NCBI RefSeq assembly: GCF_004010195.1
Contig: NC_057718.1
Location: forward strand, 19,054,588-19,118,587
Origin: Chiloscyllium plagiosum
Lineage: Eukaryota
Direction: 5' to 3'
DNA: 64,000 nucleotides
Shown: piece after piece, positions 51,001-63,930 of the stretch
Layout of the letters: every line of letters starts with the position of its first letter
Numbering within the stretch: the stretch's first letter is position 1
The notes under the pieces: generated by a model
Databases searched by the model: none
What the model saw: only the letters and a program-made list of their open reading frames with translations
Told to the model about the DNA's origin: nothing
Translations under genes and position numbers: made by a program

Positions 51001-51400
51001 TAAAGTCTATTGAAGGAGAAGGCAGAGATAAAGTAGTGGTGAATGTACATGCATATACAAACATTGGAGAAGATGTTGTATAAGCTTAAGGCTCTGATAG
51101 GGTTCAATTGGGGGCTGAATTAAGTGCCACCTAACCTGATGACATCAGACAGTATTGGTGGAGAAAATCAGGACAATAGCTTTGGATCAGAAGAGGACAA
51201 ATGTGTTATCCAAACCTTCCAATAGTATCAGTAACAATCTCCAACTAACTTATGTAACTTGTAACTAATTGCTGTTGTACAACTAGCTACATCTCATTAA
51301 GATAAGATCCCCTTCTTGTTAGGACTCAGTAGTAGTTGTTGCTCTGCCATTGTAAACCAAATAAGCCCTTACACCAACTCAAGGTAAGAGGAATGGTAAC
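48029..51400 (+). mobile_element. Ancient Gypsy-type LTR retrotransposon relic (two diverged LTRs, decayed gag, no pol seen)
   Basis: Direct repeats both starting TGAATTAAG at 48029 and 51116, the second preceded by a G-run; ~75/110 identities by manual alignment of 48051- vs 51138-. Double zinc knuckle with stops at 49960-50064. Confidence 0.7.
49960..50064 (+). pseudogene. Decayed gag nucleocapsid, tandem CCHC zinc knuckles
   Basis: One frame reads CQCC*I*KPHKFKECPAMTIKCCIC*ITGHLQRMC (CX2CX5HX4C then CX2CX4HX4C), with three in-frame stops. Confidence 0.75.
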
Positions 51401-52029
51401 AGTATAGTCTACAGTATAATACTACAATAGACACATACACATTAACATGAAACAGACCAAAACTCAACAGGATACTCACCACTAGAAAGTATAGCCTCAG
51501 CTACATTGCTTCTCTCAGTATATATGGTTCATAGATTTAACAAACATATTGGCTGTATTATTAATAATTATATAAAATGACTCCACAGCTCATGAAAACA
51601 TTGAGGCATGATGTTCAAATAGATAATAAGAGATATGTGAATAAAACGACTATCACATTGCTAGGCAATGTAGACTGCCAAGCATCAACTAGAAATAATG
51701 TCTGATGCAGGACTTAAAATATTCCAAACAGGCAGCTGTCATTCAAACCAAATGCTTTTACATTGTTACACATTAATTTTTACTTTGTTTTAAGAGCTGA
51801 ACAATAGGTTTCTTTGCTTAGTAATCCTTTCAACAAATTCCAATCAGCTCTCTGACTCTGTGATGTTGGCACTCACATATTTCACGTTCTGTTTCTGTGA
51901 ATCTGTCTGACAAAGGCTAGCACCTGAGATTGCTGAAATGATGGTCAAAGGACAGAACTAGGGCAAACTGCTAATTTAGTAACCCTCATGTAGCCTCATT
52001 CTTTTAGTTACATTTCAGTCAAGCCCCAA

Positions 52030-52530
52030 GATGTAGCAGCTCTGCAACATCACCCAACTTTCCTTGGCCTCAGCTCATCTGCTTCTGGAACCCTCATTCA
52101 TGCCTTTTGTTTCCTTTATACACTGCTATTCCAATGCCCTCCTGGCATTGTGGAAGTCTCCAACATTTTATCTTTCATAAACTCACGATTGTCCAAAATT
52201 CTTCCACTCTCACCTTTACCCTAGTGCTTGTTGATCAATATTGATTTGCAGTCAAAGATCAGAATTTTAAACTGTTATTTAATAACCCTTCATAAATCAC
52301 CCCTCTCTATCTCCACTATCTTCTCCAGCTCCACAGATATCTCTTAATCTTTGCCTCTTAGGCGTTCCTAACTTTACTCAATCTATATTTGTTGCCTAGG
52401 CCTAAGCTCTCCACATCCCCTCCCTAAACATTTGTGCCTCAGTATCTCACTCTTTAAGACCCTCTTTAAGACCTTCTACTTTAAGACCCTCTTTAAAACC
52501 TACTCCTTTGGCCAAGCTGTAATCCTGGCA
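52030..52530 (+). mobile_element. L2-type LINE 3' fragment (short ctttaagacc tandem at ~52450-52500)
   Basis: ctcagctcatctgct...accctcattcatgcctttt...tattccaatgccctcctggc resembles the L2 ORF2 C-terminus. Confidence 0.55.
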
Positions 52531-53369
52531 TCACCTTTTATGAAGCGTCCCAAGATTCTGAGTTTCAATAGTGTGCGCTAGACAGAGATACAGGTGTCCA
52601 GAGCTGACTGATCACAGTTACATGAAGATTGAGGCACTTCCAAGGAGCAAAATTCCTCAAGGTCTAATTCATCCAGTGGAATTGGTGTCGCTCCCCTCAG
52701 CAACCAACACTTAGCTTGGTTACAGAGCCGAAAGAAACTCAGTATCTGCTGATTCATGTACAAATCCATTACAACCACTATTATTTCAGCTGGACTGGGC
52801 TGGTGTTATCCAGCCTGTCGGTATCAATCAGAATGATGGCTTGGCTAGACCCTATCAAAATCAACCAGCATTTTTATATTCTCATGTTCTAATGTGGAAA
52901 ATGCAGCAGCTAATCTGTGCATAATGAGATCACAAAGCCAGAGTAGAATAATGACCAGGGTATCTGTGCATTTCTTTTTCAGATGATGCTTATTGTGGCA
53001 TCAATATTCATCAGAACTTACGATTGAGGGCTATATGATTCCCAGATTATATTTCCTGAAGATACAATAAAGTTAAAGGAGATTGACTGCTGACTACTTG
53101 CATTTCCAGCAGGACTCTGAGTGAACCATTTGTTTGTGGCACCATCTGTTTACCTATCTTAACAGTCTTTCTCATGCAGAGTGTAGGAAGGCTGGTCAGC
53201 AATCCAGCAGTCCAGGTTATGAATGCTTCTTGCTCAAGAGTGTTGCCAAATGAGCTACAATGAGCAAAGTGTTTGGAGCATTAACTTTTTTGGCGGTGTC
53301 AAACATCTGCTGTTCCACCACATGTAGTTATTATTTAAGCTGCTGATGTAAATATTAATTTCCCTTTTA

Positions 53370-53770
53370 GGTGAGGATGCAAAAAAGATTTACAAGGATG
53401 TTGCTGAGATTGGAGGGTTTGAGTTATAGGGAGAGGCTGGCCAGGTTGGGGCTTTTTCCCTGGAGTGTCAGAGGCTGAGGGGTGACCTCATAGAGGTTCA
53501 TAAAATTGTGAGGGACATGGATAGGGTGAATAGTCAAGGTCATTTTCCTAGGGTGAGGGAGTCCAAAACTGGATGGCATAGGTTTAAGGTGAGAGGGGAA
53601 AGATTTAAAAAGGACCTAAAAGGTAACTTTTTCACACAGAGGGTGGTGTGTTTATGGAACAAGCTGCCAGAGAAAGTGGTGGAGACTGGTACAATTACAA
53701 CATTTAAAAGGCATTTGGATGGGTATACGAATAGGAAGGGTTCAGAGGGAGATGGGTCAAATGCTGGTGT
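53370..53770 (+). mobile_element. CR1 LINE fragment
   Basis: FFTQRVVCLWNKLP. Confidence 0.87.
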
Positions 53771-54654
53771 GATCATTAATCTTGCACTCGTCCAATTAGA
53801 GGGTGAGAGAGGCTGGTCCTTTGTCAGCTATCCTGTCCTCCAGGAGGAAAACTTGGCTTGGGGACTTTAGATCCAAGTTGTTCAAACATATATTACTCAT
53901 CCTTATCAGTGTCATTTCTTCCCATTTCCTTACCTCTGACTGGTTTCCTGCAATGTTATACATATAGCATAAACCAGTCAAAAACAGAGGAAATGCATGA
54001 CAGAGAAATAAACAAGCCACAGACTGTCAGCTAAGGATCTGATAAGAAGCTAAAACTTTCCTCAGCCAATCTTACCAACAGCTGTATCACAGATTGCCCC
54101 AAAATTTAATGTGTTGCTCCATCGACAAAAGCATCCTGATAAATTTCTAATTCATTAGGTAGGGCAACAACATGTAGGTTTTTATACTGTATGTTTTTAA
54201 ACAGATGATGGAACATGCATAGTAGATTATTTAATACTATCAACTGTATAGGAATAGCCACATTATATTAAGAGCACATTATATTGAAATTCCACCAAAA
54301 AAAAAGAGTAAATTATGTAGAAATTAAGAAAACCAATCAAACAATCAAGACTACTGCATCTTAAATCATGTACTTTATAGGAATGACTCAATTATAGGAA
54401 ATTGGCGAACTCATCCAACCAGTCCTCATTAATGTTTATCTTCCTTTTAGTCTTCGTAATCACATGATCAATCTTGTCTTTCACACCTTTTAAAATAGTA
54501 ATGTCTCATTCTCATCTGAGACTTTTTTTGACCATTGGCTCTCCTTTCCACTTCTTCTCACCTTTTCTTCTTCCTTTCTTCAAGATCCTGAGATTCCCCC
54601 TTCCCAGGTAACACTCCTCCACTGTTACCCAATGTGACTCAGGGCTCACAGTCT

Positions 54655-54785
54655 TCTGAAGTCCTGAAGAAGGGTTACACCAGAAATGTCAACTTCTCCA
54701 CCTCCTGATGCTGCCTGGCTTGTGGTGTTCTTCCAGCCTCCTGCCTGTTTGCTTTGGATTCCAGCATCTGCAGTTTTTTTGGCTC
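54655..54785 (+). mobile_element. Penelope-like terminal repeat with hammerhead-like core
   Basis: CTGAAGA-A-GGGTTACACCA-GAAA-T-GTC at 54664-54690, then gatgctgcctggcttg...ccagcatctgcag. Confidence 0.6.
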
Positions 54786-55905
54786 TCACAGCCTTCTATG
54801 TCAGGAATTTACATACACAATGGTCCCCCTCCTATTTCATTTCAGCCACACTGACAGAGTTGCATTTTTTAAAAATTTGTCAAGTATTGAAAACAAACAT
54901 ATTGCTTGGTTACCCAGCATCTCTGATTCAGACATTGTCCATCTTATTGTTCATATGGCATTCACCTCCTGACTACTGAAAATAAATTTTGCCCTTCAGA
55001 GTAGAAAATGTACTTCATCATTTTCCACAGTCTTGAGTTTATAGGCGTTGGCCATTCAGCTAATCAAGCCTGCCCTGCCCAATCAATATAATTATGGCAC
55101 ATAGAAAGCCCTTCAAAGATTCAGTCCACTTTATCTATTTAATCTCATCCCTGCAGCACTCCAAACCTGCCTCTCCTTTGCAGCATGGCTGGCAGAAATC
55201 TCATCTGGTTTCCTCTCCCTTCACAGAGGCTCCTTTCCTTAGACCTGACATCCTTGACCCATCTCTCTCCAGCTTCAGAAACCTCTTCAAAACCTCTGTC
55301 TTCAGCCATTATTTTGATCACCTTCTCCAGGCACCTTCACTCGTTTGGCAAAGTGTCTCCATCTCACCTTCTCTTCTGAGATGTTTTGCTCAGCCAGAAT
55401 AGTACAGGCCATCACAGGTAGGATTAGTCATTCTGAGCCTCAAATCTTAACAACAATGTAACTTTGGCTTTGGCTACAGAGCAATTCTGGACTGTGTACA
55501 AATTGTCTCGACAGCAAACACTGTCTCAAACAGTTTTTGAGTCCTGTTCTGTTTCCTCACAGGATTAATTTTTTTGGAAGGAGCTGAAGGCTCACTGTTT
55601 TCTCATTAATAGGAAAGTTATTATTGGAAACATGCAAGATTGCCAATCGACCCAGCACGTTTGTATCAGGTCCTGACCGCAGCAACAAAAAATCAATTCC
55701 TCCTGCCATGCTCTCCCTATAGCCCTGCATCATGTTAAATGTTATTTCAGTTTTTCTCTCAAGCGTAAAACTGACCCAGATTTAACTGGGCCTTCTTTGT
55801 GCCACACACATTCTTCCATACATACCCCGAGGGGATGCTAAAACAGGCACACCATGGGGATTGGTAACTAACGGAACAACGAGGACTGATGTGAAGATTA
55901 CTCAC

Positions 55906-56079
55906 CTGAGCCACATTAATGAACTTGGTGATGACCTCTGCCCTTTGCACGGGAGTCTGCTTGCTAAGAACCATTAGCTGGAGCCACTGGGAAATGCCAT
56001 TAAACAATGCGATGGACCTCTCAAGTGTTGGGTTATCCATTAGACAGCGATGTGTAACATAGCTTTGATAATCTGTAAA
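55906..56079 (-). CDS. RASGRP3: RASGRP3 coding exon (174 nt), CDC25 domain FTDYQSY...KFINVAQ
   Basis: ttgcag| acceptor, |gtgagt donor, phase 0/0; RasGRP-like translation. Confidence 0.95.
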
Positions 56080-56774
56080 CTGCAAGAAATCACCATTTCA
56101 AGATTTAATTAATTTTCTTATTATTGTTTTCAAAACATTTCTTTAGCTTGATTGTTGATGCCCTGTTCTACATATGGGTCTTTGCCCTACTCCTTTGCCA
56201 AAATAATAATGAATGCTTGAACAATCTGATTCAGGATTAGATTGATTTGGAACAGTACCATCTATTTTGTGGATATGATTACTATTTCCACAGAAATCAA
56301 TAACAAGGTCCATTCAGAACAGCAGTCACTACACCTGAAACATTAGCTGTTGTTTCCCCACAGACACTGCCAGACCTGCTGAGTTTCTCCAGCAATTTTT
56401 GCTTTTGCTAGTTCCATTTACTCGAAGAGTGTGGTGCTGGAAAAGCACAGCCGATCAGGCAGCATCCGAGGAGCAGGACAGTTGATGTTTCATCAGGAAT
56501 GCCTCGCTTTCTCTTTGTTCCATTTACTCTATTGTAATAAGACTTAACAAAGCTTATGGTGTTTCCTCTGTTTGAAAACTAAACAAGACGATCATTCTAA
56601 GATAGTTAAACTGGATAACACTAAGCAATTATGGGTAAAAGCATTGGATGTGAAGAACAACAGAACCATTTGCAGTCTAAATCTAGAATAAATTTAAGCT
56701 GCATTTACTCCCTCAGTGGGAGGAAAGCACTGAGTTGTGGGTATAACCTGAAACATCAAGAACATTCATAGATA

Positions 56775-57109
56775 AATCAAAGATAGTCAGAGGGTTAGAT
56801 AAAGTGGACAGGGAGAGCCTTTTTCCACATATGGGAATGGCAAACATGAGGGGACATAACTTTAAAGTGAGGGGAGACAGGTATAAGACAGATGTCAGAG
56901 GTAGTTTCTTTACTCAGAGAGTAGTAAGGGTATGGAATGCTTTGCCTGCAATGGTAGTCGATTCGCCAAGTTTAAGTGCATTTAAGTCGTCACTGGACAG
57001 GCATATGGACGTACATGGAATAATGTAGGTGGGATGGGCTTCAGATTAGTATGACAGGGCGGCGCAACATCGAGGGCTGAAGGGCCTGTACTGCGCTGTA
57101 AAAAAAAAA
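56775..57109 (+). mobile_element. CR1 LINE 3' end, distinct young subfamily
   Basis: FFTQRVVRVWNALP; 3' UTR ending in an A-run. Confidence 0.87.
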
Positions 57110-57297
57110 TTCAGTGAAACACTTTAATGCTGCAGTTAAACATTCTGCCATTTCCTCATGTCACATGCCTTGGTTGGTGGGATTGTTTCATCATGAGAAA
57201 AGGACCTTTCAGTTATTAACATATCACACTGCACCTTCAGGACAACATACATTGTCCATCACCGCAGTGTGAAATGCCCTGCATATTAACGTTTGTA

Positions 57298-57597
57298 TAG
57301 ATTAGATTCCCTACAGTATGGAAACAGGCCCTTCGGCCCTCCAAAGAGTAACTCACCCAGACCCATTGGTAACCTATATTTAAACTCAACTAATGTATCT
57401 AACGCTATGGGCAACTTAGCATGGCCAATTCATCTGGCCAGCGTATCTTTGGACTGTGGGAGAAAACCAGAGCATCCAAAGTAAACCCAAACAGACAGAA
57501 CGTGCAAATATCACACAGATAGTTGCCCAAGGTGGGAATTGAACCCAGGTCCCTGGCACTGTGAGGCAGCAGTGCTAACCACTGAGCCAGCATATTG
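57298..57597 (-). mobile_element. HE1-type SINE
   Basis: HE1 tail, body and head. Confidence 0.83.
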
Positions 57598-57777
57598 GCC
57601 TTACATGAGTCAGGCTCCATCTCATACAACTGATGAATCTTTAGGCAATGTTCTAATAATTATATCCTATATAAAGTCAACATAAACATAGAAAACATGA
57701 CTTTTTAAGAAATCCAGAAATGAAGTGAAAATTGAGTTTTTTTTTGTAAGTGTGCAGGTGCTAATATTTTTAAAATT

Positions 57778-58100
57778 TCGATCACGGAAGTGGGCATAGC
57801 TGGCCCTTCATTGCCCATCCCTAATTGTCCAGAGGGCAGTTAAGAGTCAACCACATTGCTATGGGTTTGAAGTCACATGCAAGCCAGACTAGGTAAGGAA
57901 TGCAGATTTCCTTCCCTAAAGAACAATAGTGAACCCGACGGCTTTCTATAAAAATCAGCAATGGTCACATGGTCACTATTAAATCAACTTCCTACTAAGG
58001 TTTTTATTGAACTCAAATGTCACCATCTGTCATGGCAGGATTCAAACCCTTACCCTCAGAACATGACCCTGGGATTCTGGATTGCCAATCCAATGGCATT
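57778..58100 (-). mobile_element. Second old tRNA-SINE family; copies also at ~43035-43290 (+), 61405-61720 (-), 22720-22870 (+), 7695-7825 (-)
   Basis: Shared motifs ttgcccatccctaattg, aagagtcaaccacattgct and gatttccttccctaaag across the copies. Confidence 0.65.
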
Positions 58101-58582
58101 ATCACAATGCCACCATCTCCCCTTTATGTTCTGCATTTTGTGATAATTTTAACTTTCGTTACACTTGCCTTTTAATGTTGTACTCATCATTGCCTCCTCA
58201 CACGGTTAATGTAGACACATTGAGACATAAGCTTCCAGCTGTGCCGATCAGCAAATAGCTGACATGGGGTGGTTGACAGGAACCTAGGTTCACTCAATGG
58301 TCCATCTGGAGATGTTCTTCTGTATCACACCCTTCCCTGATGGAAACTGCTCACCAATCCAGGTAAATGTGAGCATAACCCCTCCCTTCCATGCCAGAAT
58401 AGCTAATTGCAGAGCAGGGGAAGGAACAGAAACTCCAGGCAACTGCAACTTGTTTTATGGTAAAGAGCGTCACAGTTGAAAGAAGACACAAAAATGCTCA
58501 TCAAGGTGAACAGCATAGATACAATTAAGGTGAAGCTTGACAAGTAAACGAGGGAGATACAGACAGGAAGTTAGGCCGAAAT

Positions 58583-58815
58583 AAAAACAGAAAATGCTGG
58601 AGAAACTCAGCTAAACTGACAGCATGTGTGCAGAGAATTAACATTGAAACAAGGGTGACTCTTCTTCAGGATTCAGAGTTCGGGTTCTGAGCAAGAGTCA
58701 TTTCCAGACTTGAGACATTAACTCTGTTTCTCTCCACTGATGCTGCCAGGCCTGCTGAGTTCCTCCAGCATTTTCTGATTTCCTTTCAGATTGTCAGCAT
58801 CTGCAGAATTTTGCT
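58583..58815. mobile_element. Old Penelope-like fold-back remnant
   Basis: cagaaaatgctggagaaactcag is inverted to ctgagttcctccagcattttctg. Similar fragments at ~29900-30000, 50425-50550, 50905-51000 and 56320-56500. Confidence 0.6.
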
Positions 58816-59103
58816 TGATGGATGAGGTTTTCTTGCAGCCACATGAGGATCTGAAATCTTTGAGTCCCAGTTTGCAGGAGGGACAGTTGTTCAATTTACC
58901 AAGCAGAAACGTTCGGTGATCTGAACTAGAACATTATACATTTGGAATGAATTTGGGAAACTTATAGAATTCTCCACTTGTAAGGAAACGGGAGAACATT
59001 TGGTAAGTGCCAAGGTGTTGGCTAAGAATGGTGACATTTTATTTGCGAAATGTGCCATTTTAAACACAACAAAACCAACTCTCTGAAATGAACAATGACA
59101 AAC

Positions 59104-59254
59104 CGATATCCGTCGGAAGGATTTATATTCCAGGAAGGAAAGGTGTTCTGCCAGCTCCAGTGGCTCTAAGTGATCGAATAACAGAGAAGCTTTCCCCTTC
59201 TTCTTGGAAGCCTTCTTACGTTGAGTGACCCGTCTCATCCAGTCATAGGACGGA
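59104..59254 (-). CDS. RASGRP3: RASGRP3 coding exon (151 nt): [50 protein letters not shown]
   Basis: Acceptor caaacag|, donor |gtttgt. Matches the RasGRP3 linker/start of CDC25 domain, including the RRVTQ PKC-site threonine (codon 59224-59226). Confidence 0.93.
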
Positions 59255-59637
59255 CTGTTTGAAAAATAAGAGTGATGTTAATGGATTAGCCAAGGTGAGA
59301 AATCTGAACTTCATCTACTGTCACGTTATCACCGTAAATTCAGGAACTTGTATTTTTATAGCGCTCTTGTCTGCCCGATGCAAATGTGAAAGGGACAACA
59401 CGGCAACAAATTATTTTCATAATGTAGTCACTGTTGTGGAAATTTTGTGCACAGAAAGTACCGACGAGAGCAGCATGAGAATGGCCAGATGATCTGTTCT
59501 GCTATTGATAGGTAAACACTGCAGGAAACTAGGAATAGCATCCCTCAAACCAATGCCTTGGAACGTTTTGCACCCTCTGTCTAAGGCGGCAACTGGGATC
59601 TCAATTTAACATGTCCTTCAAAAACTCCAGCCCTTCT

Positions 59638-59978
59638 TAGAATCCCTACATGTGGAAACAGGCTTTTCGACCCACCAAGTCCACACTGACCCTCTGAGGA
59701 CTATCTCATCCAAACCCATTCCCAATTACTCTACATTCATCCCTGACTAATGCACCTAACCTACACATCCCTGAATACAATGGGCAATTTAGAATGGCCA
59801 ATTCGTCTAACCTGCACACCTTTGGATTGTGGGAAGAAACCAGAACACCTGGAGAAAACCCATGCAGACATGGGGAGAACATGCAAACTCTATGCAGACA
59901 GTCACCTGAGGCTGGAATTGAACCCAGGTCCCTGGCGCTGTGAGGCAGCAGTGCTAACCACTGAGCCACCATGTCACC
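59638..59978 (-). mobile_element. HE1-type SINE inserted in an older Deu-type SINE
   Basis: HE1 pattern; flanks resemble the Deu domain (gacagtgcagca...gagtgtcagcctggatttt). Confidence 0.83.
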
Positions 59979-60984
59979 CCTTCTGACAGTGCAGCATACC
60001 ATTAGTGCCGCACCGGAGTGTCAGCCTGGATTTTCAAGCCCTGGAGGGAACCTGCAGCCCATTTCCTTGAGTGTCAGAAAGTAAAGGGTCGCCTAAATTA
60101 GACGGCCACCAATTAGAGCAGTTCTCCTGCTGCAGAGTCGGCCTAGATGTGAACACAACCTCGTGAACCAAGGCTGAAAGTCACGGGTCCAAGCTTCAAT
60201 TTGGCGACGGAAGCACAATTAAGCTGGCACTGAAATGCATTTCTGAAAGGGTGCTATATATTCAGAGGCATCACCTTTCAGATAAGCCCCAATGGAAGAC
60301 CAGAAGCCTTCTCCCGGGCACCATGGCTAACACTAATCCTTCAGCCAATATCTGAAACAGAAGATTTGGTCATCTATTTCACTGCTGTTTGTGGGAGTCT
60401 GCTGTTTATTAGATTACATCAGAGATGACATGTCCTTACAAAAGATCTGGTACTGAACAGGTACTTCAACACATTTAAATATTACTCACCATTTTGATGT
60501 CAGAAAGATTTTATAATCACACTGGAAGGAAGTGAGCACAATATTTAGACAGTGACATATGGGTCTTTATGAATATTAAAACTGGGAACATTCACAGCAT
60601 GGATCTTTAAATGATGTGATAGATAATACTACCATCTATTAAAGCAGAAATGATGGAATCCTCTGATAGTACCAGTCCCACAGAGGCCAAGGGGCAAAAC
60701 CCTAGCCTCACCACACCAAGATTCTGGATGAAAAATGAGCATAAAGTGTGGTACATTAAGAGGTCTTTGAAACATGAATTACTTTAGACATCATTAAAGC
60801 ATCCTTGGCAGCTATTCAATACACACATTTGGTTCTCTGGATATATTAATAAAGAGGCTAATGTCTATTTTAGAACCAAAATTGGAAATCCAGCCAATCT
60901 TCAGGTGCAGTCTTCAGCAATTATACTTGCAATATTTCCAACATACTAATGCGGATAGGTTTTCTCCCAATGTAGAGATCCCCA

Positions 60985-63400
60985 CATACAAACCAACAAT
61001 TAGGAGCAGGAGTAGCCAGCTTGACCCCTTGAGGCTCCTCTGCCATTTGACGAGATTGTACCTGAGTTGATGACTCATATTCCTCCCTATCCTTTGGTCC
61101 CTTCGTTTATCGACAATCTATCTACCATTGTCTTAAAAATACTTTTTTTAAAACTCTGCTTTCACTGTCTTATGAGAAGGAGAGTTCCAAAGGCCAGCAA
61201 CCATCTGAGAAGAAAAATATCCTCCCTATCTCTGTCTTAGGCAGACCGCCTCGTTCTCAATTCTCCCACCAAATGTTTGCACATGACCCTGACATGATCT
61301 CTCAGGCTCTAAATGCTTCAATCAAGTTGCCTCCAATCCTTCTAAATGCCAGTTGATAGGAATCTAGCCTTTCCTTTCCTCATAAGACAACACACCCTAT
61401 TTTTATTCATTCATGGGAATGCAAGCATCGCTGGCTGGGCCAGATTTATTCTTCACCCCTAATTATCCAGAGGGCAATTCACATGTAACCCAGACCAGGT
61501 AGGAATGGCAGTTTCCTTTCCTAAAGGACATTAGTAAACCAGAAGGGGTTTTCCAACAATTGACATCAGTTTCAAGCCTATCATTAGACTCTTAATTCCA
61601 GAGTTTTAACTGATTCAAAATTCCATCATCTGTCATGGTAGAGTTTGAATTGAGGACGCCGGATCATTACTGGGGTCTCTGGATTAATCGTCTAGTGATA
61701 ATACCACGATGTCGCTGCCTCTCCCAAGTATTAGTCTAGTAGCCCTTCTGAATTGCTTTAGATGCATTTTCATTCTTAAACAAGGAGACTAATACTATAT
61801 GCAGCACTTCAGATATGGTTTCACCAGTGCACTACATAACTGAAGTATAACCTCCCCGCTTTTGTATTTAATGGCCTGCAATAAACAATAACATTCTCTT
61901 CCTAAATACTTGCTGTGCCTGCAAACTAACCGCTTGCAATACATGCATGAAGACACTGAGATCCCTCTGCAATGAGGAGATCTGCAATCCCAATTTAGAT
62001 AGCATACTTGTTTTTCATTCTTCCTGCTAAAATGGACAACTTCACATTTTCCAACATCTGTTGCCAAATCGTTAAATTGCTTGCTTAACTTTTTATCTGA
62101 CCTTGTAGCCTCATTAATTCCTCTTCACAACTTACTCTTCTATCTATCTTTGTGGAATCAGCAAACTTAGCAACTTTAATTTTGCCCCTTCCTCTAAATC
62201 ACTGATACAAATTTGACAAAGTTGAGGCATCAACACTGATCTCTATGGCACACAGCTTGTTGCATATTGCCAGTCAGAAAATTTTGCCCACTCACCGTTT
62301 CCCTGTGAGTTACAAATCTTATATACATGCCGATAAGTTACCTCTCTAAAATATGAATATTTATTCTCTGCAACAATGTTGTGGCATCTATCAAATGCTT
62401 TCTGTAAGTCTAATGAAAGTACTTCTACTGGCCCCCCCTTCATTCACAACATGTGTTGCTTCCTCGAATAATTCTAATAGGTTCGTTAAACATGATTTTC
62501 CTTTCATAAAACCATGTGAACTCTATCAGATAACCTTCACCTTGACTACACGACCTGCTATAACATTGTTAATAATAGCTTGTAATGTTTTCCTTATCAT
62601 AGATGTTAAAATAACTCTCCTGTAGTTTCCTGCTTTCTGTCTCCCTCCTGTTTTTTGAATAAAACAGTTACATTTGCTATCATTCCAGTGTAACGAGACC
62701 TTTCCTGGCTCAAGGGCATTTTCGAAAACTAAAACCAATGCCTAACTTTTAAGACCCGAGGATAAAGTCCATCAGGAGCCAGGGACCTGTCAGCCTGCTG
62801 CTACAGTAATTTACTGAGTACCATTTCCCTAATAATCATAATTTTCAAATAATCTGGCATGTCCTTATTTTTCATTATTAATTCCCCAGCCCCACTTTGC
62901 TTAGGGTCAATGTTCTTTGTCAATTCTTTTTCAAGGTCTATAGACCAGTATGTTTACCTTTCCACGAGCTTTCTCTCATACTCGATGTTATTTCCTTCCT
63001 TACTAATCTTTTAGTCAATCTTAGTTTTTTTATATATATTCTGCCCAATCTTCAGACCTGCCTCCCAACGTTGCACAATTATATGCAATTTCTTTACTAT
63101 TTAACTTTTTAGGTTAGCTGCAAATGATGGGTTTTCTGCTTGGAATTGTTCAGTTTCATTGGAAAGAGTACATTCTGAAATAGCCTTTAAATGTCTGCCA
63201 CTGCCTCTCTATTTGCCAATATCTTGGGTTAATTTAGCTTTAGTCCACTTTAACTAGCTCTGCTTTCATGTTCTCATAACTACCATTAAAAGTTTAAAAT
63301 ATCAGTTTTGGACCGACTTCTCTCTCACTCAAAGTGAATGAAAAATTCTATCAGATTATGATCACTGCTACCAAGGGGCATCTTCATTACAATTACATCC
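60985..63400 (-). mobile_element. Long old CR1 relic including RT-region fragments
   Basis: AGNYRRVILTS, LDLQKAFD and KCEVVHF pieces in several minus frames; interrupted by a SINE. Confidence 0.8.
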
Positions 63401-63709
63401 TATTCATTGCACCACAACCTAACATGGTTTGCTGTGGCCCCACACAACATTAAATCTTGCATTCTGAATCTTTAATATTTCTCCCACACCAAAAGCACTT
63501 TAAACTGTCAGTATGATTGCTCACCTAGCACCTTTACTGCATAGGTGCAACGTTATAAAGTTTGATTACTAGAATTTCTAGACAGCGTAGCCAGTATTCC
63601 TTGTGAAGTCATTGCATTTATATGGGAAAAAGGCACTCTCATTACAGAAGCTAAAAGTGCTTGTGAAATAAAGAGAATAATGTCACTTGAATATCTTTCA
63701 AAAAGAAGG

Positions 63710-63930
63710 ACATTTTCCCCGTGTCTGCATGAGTTTCCTCTGGATGCTCCGGTTTCCTCCCACAGTCCAAAAAAAAATGTGCAGGTTAGGTGAATTGGCC
63801 ATGCTAAATTGCCCGTAGTGTTAGGTGAAGGGGTAAATGTAGGGGAATGGGTCTGGGTGGGTTGCTCTTTGGAGAGTTGGGTGTGGACTTGTTGGGCTGA
63901 AGGGCCTGTTTCCACACTGTAAGTAATCTA
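63710..63930 (+). mobile_element. HE1-type SINE, 5'-truncated
   Basis: Body plus ggcctgtttccacactgtaagtaatcta tail. Confidence 0.85.
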
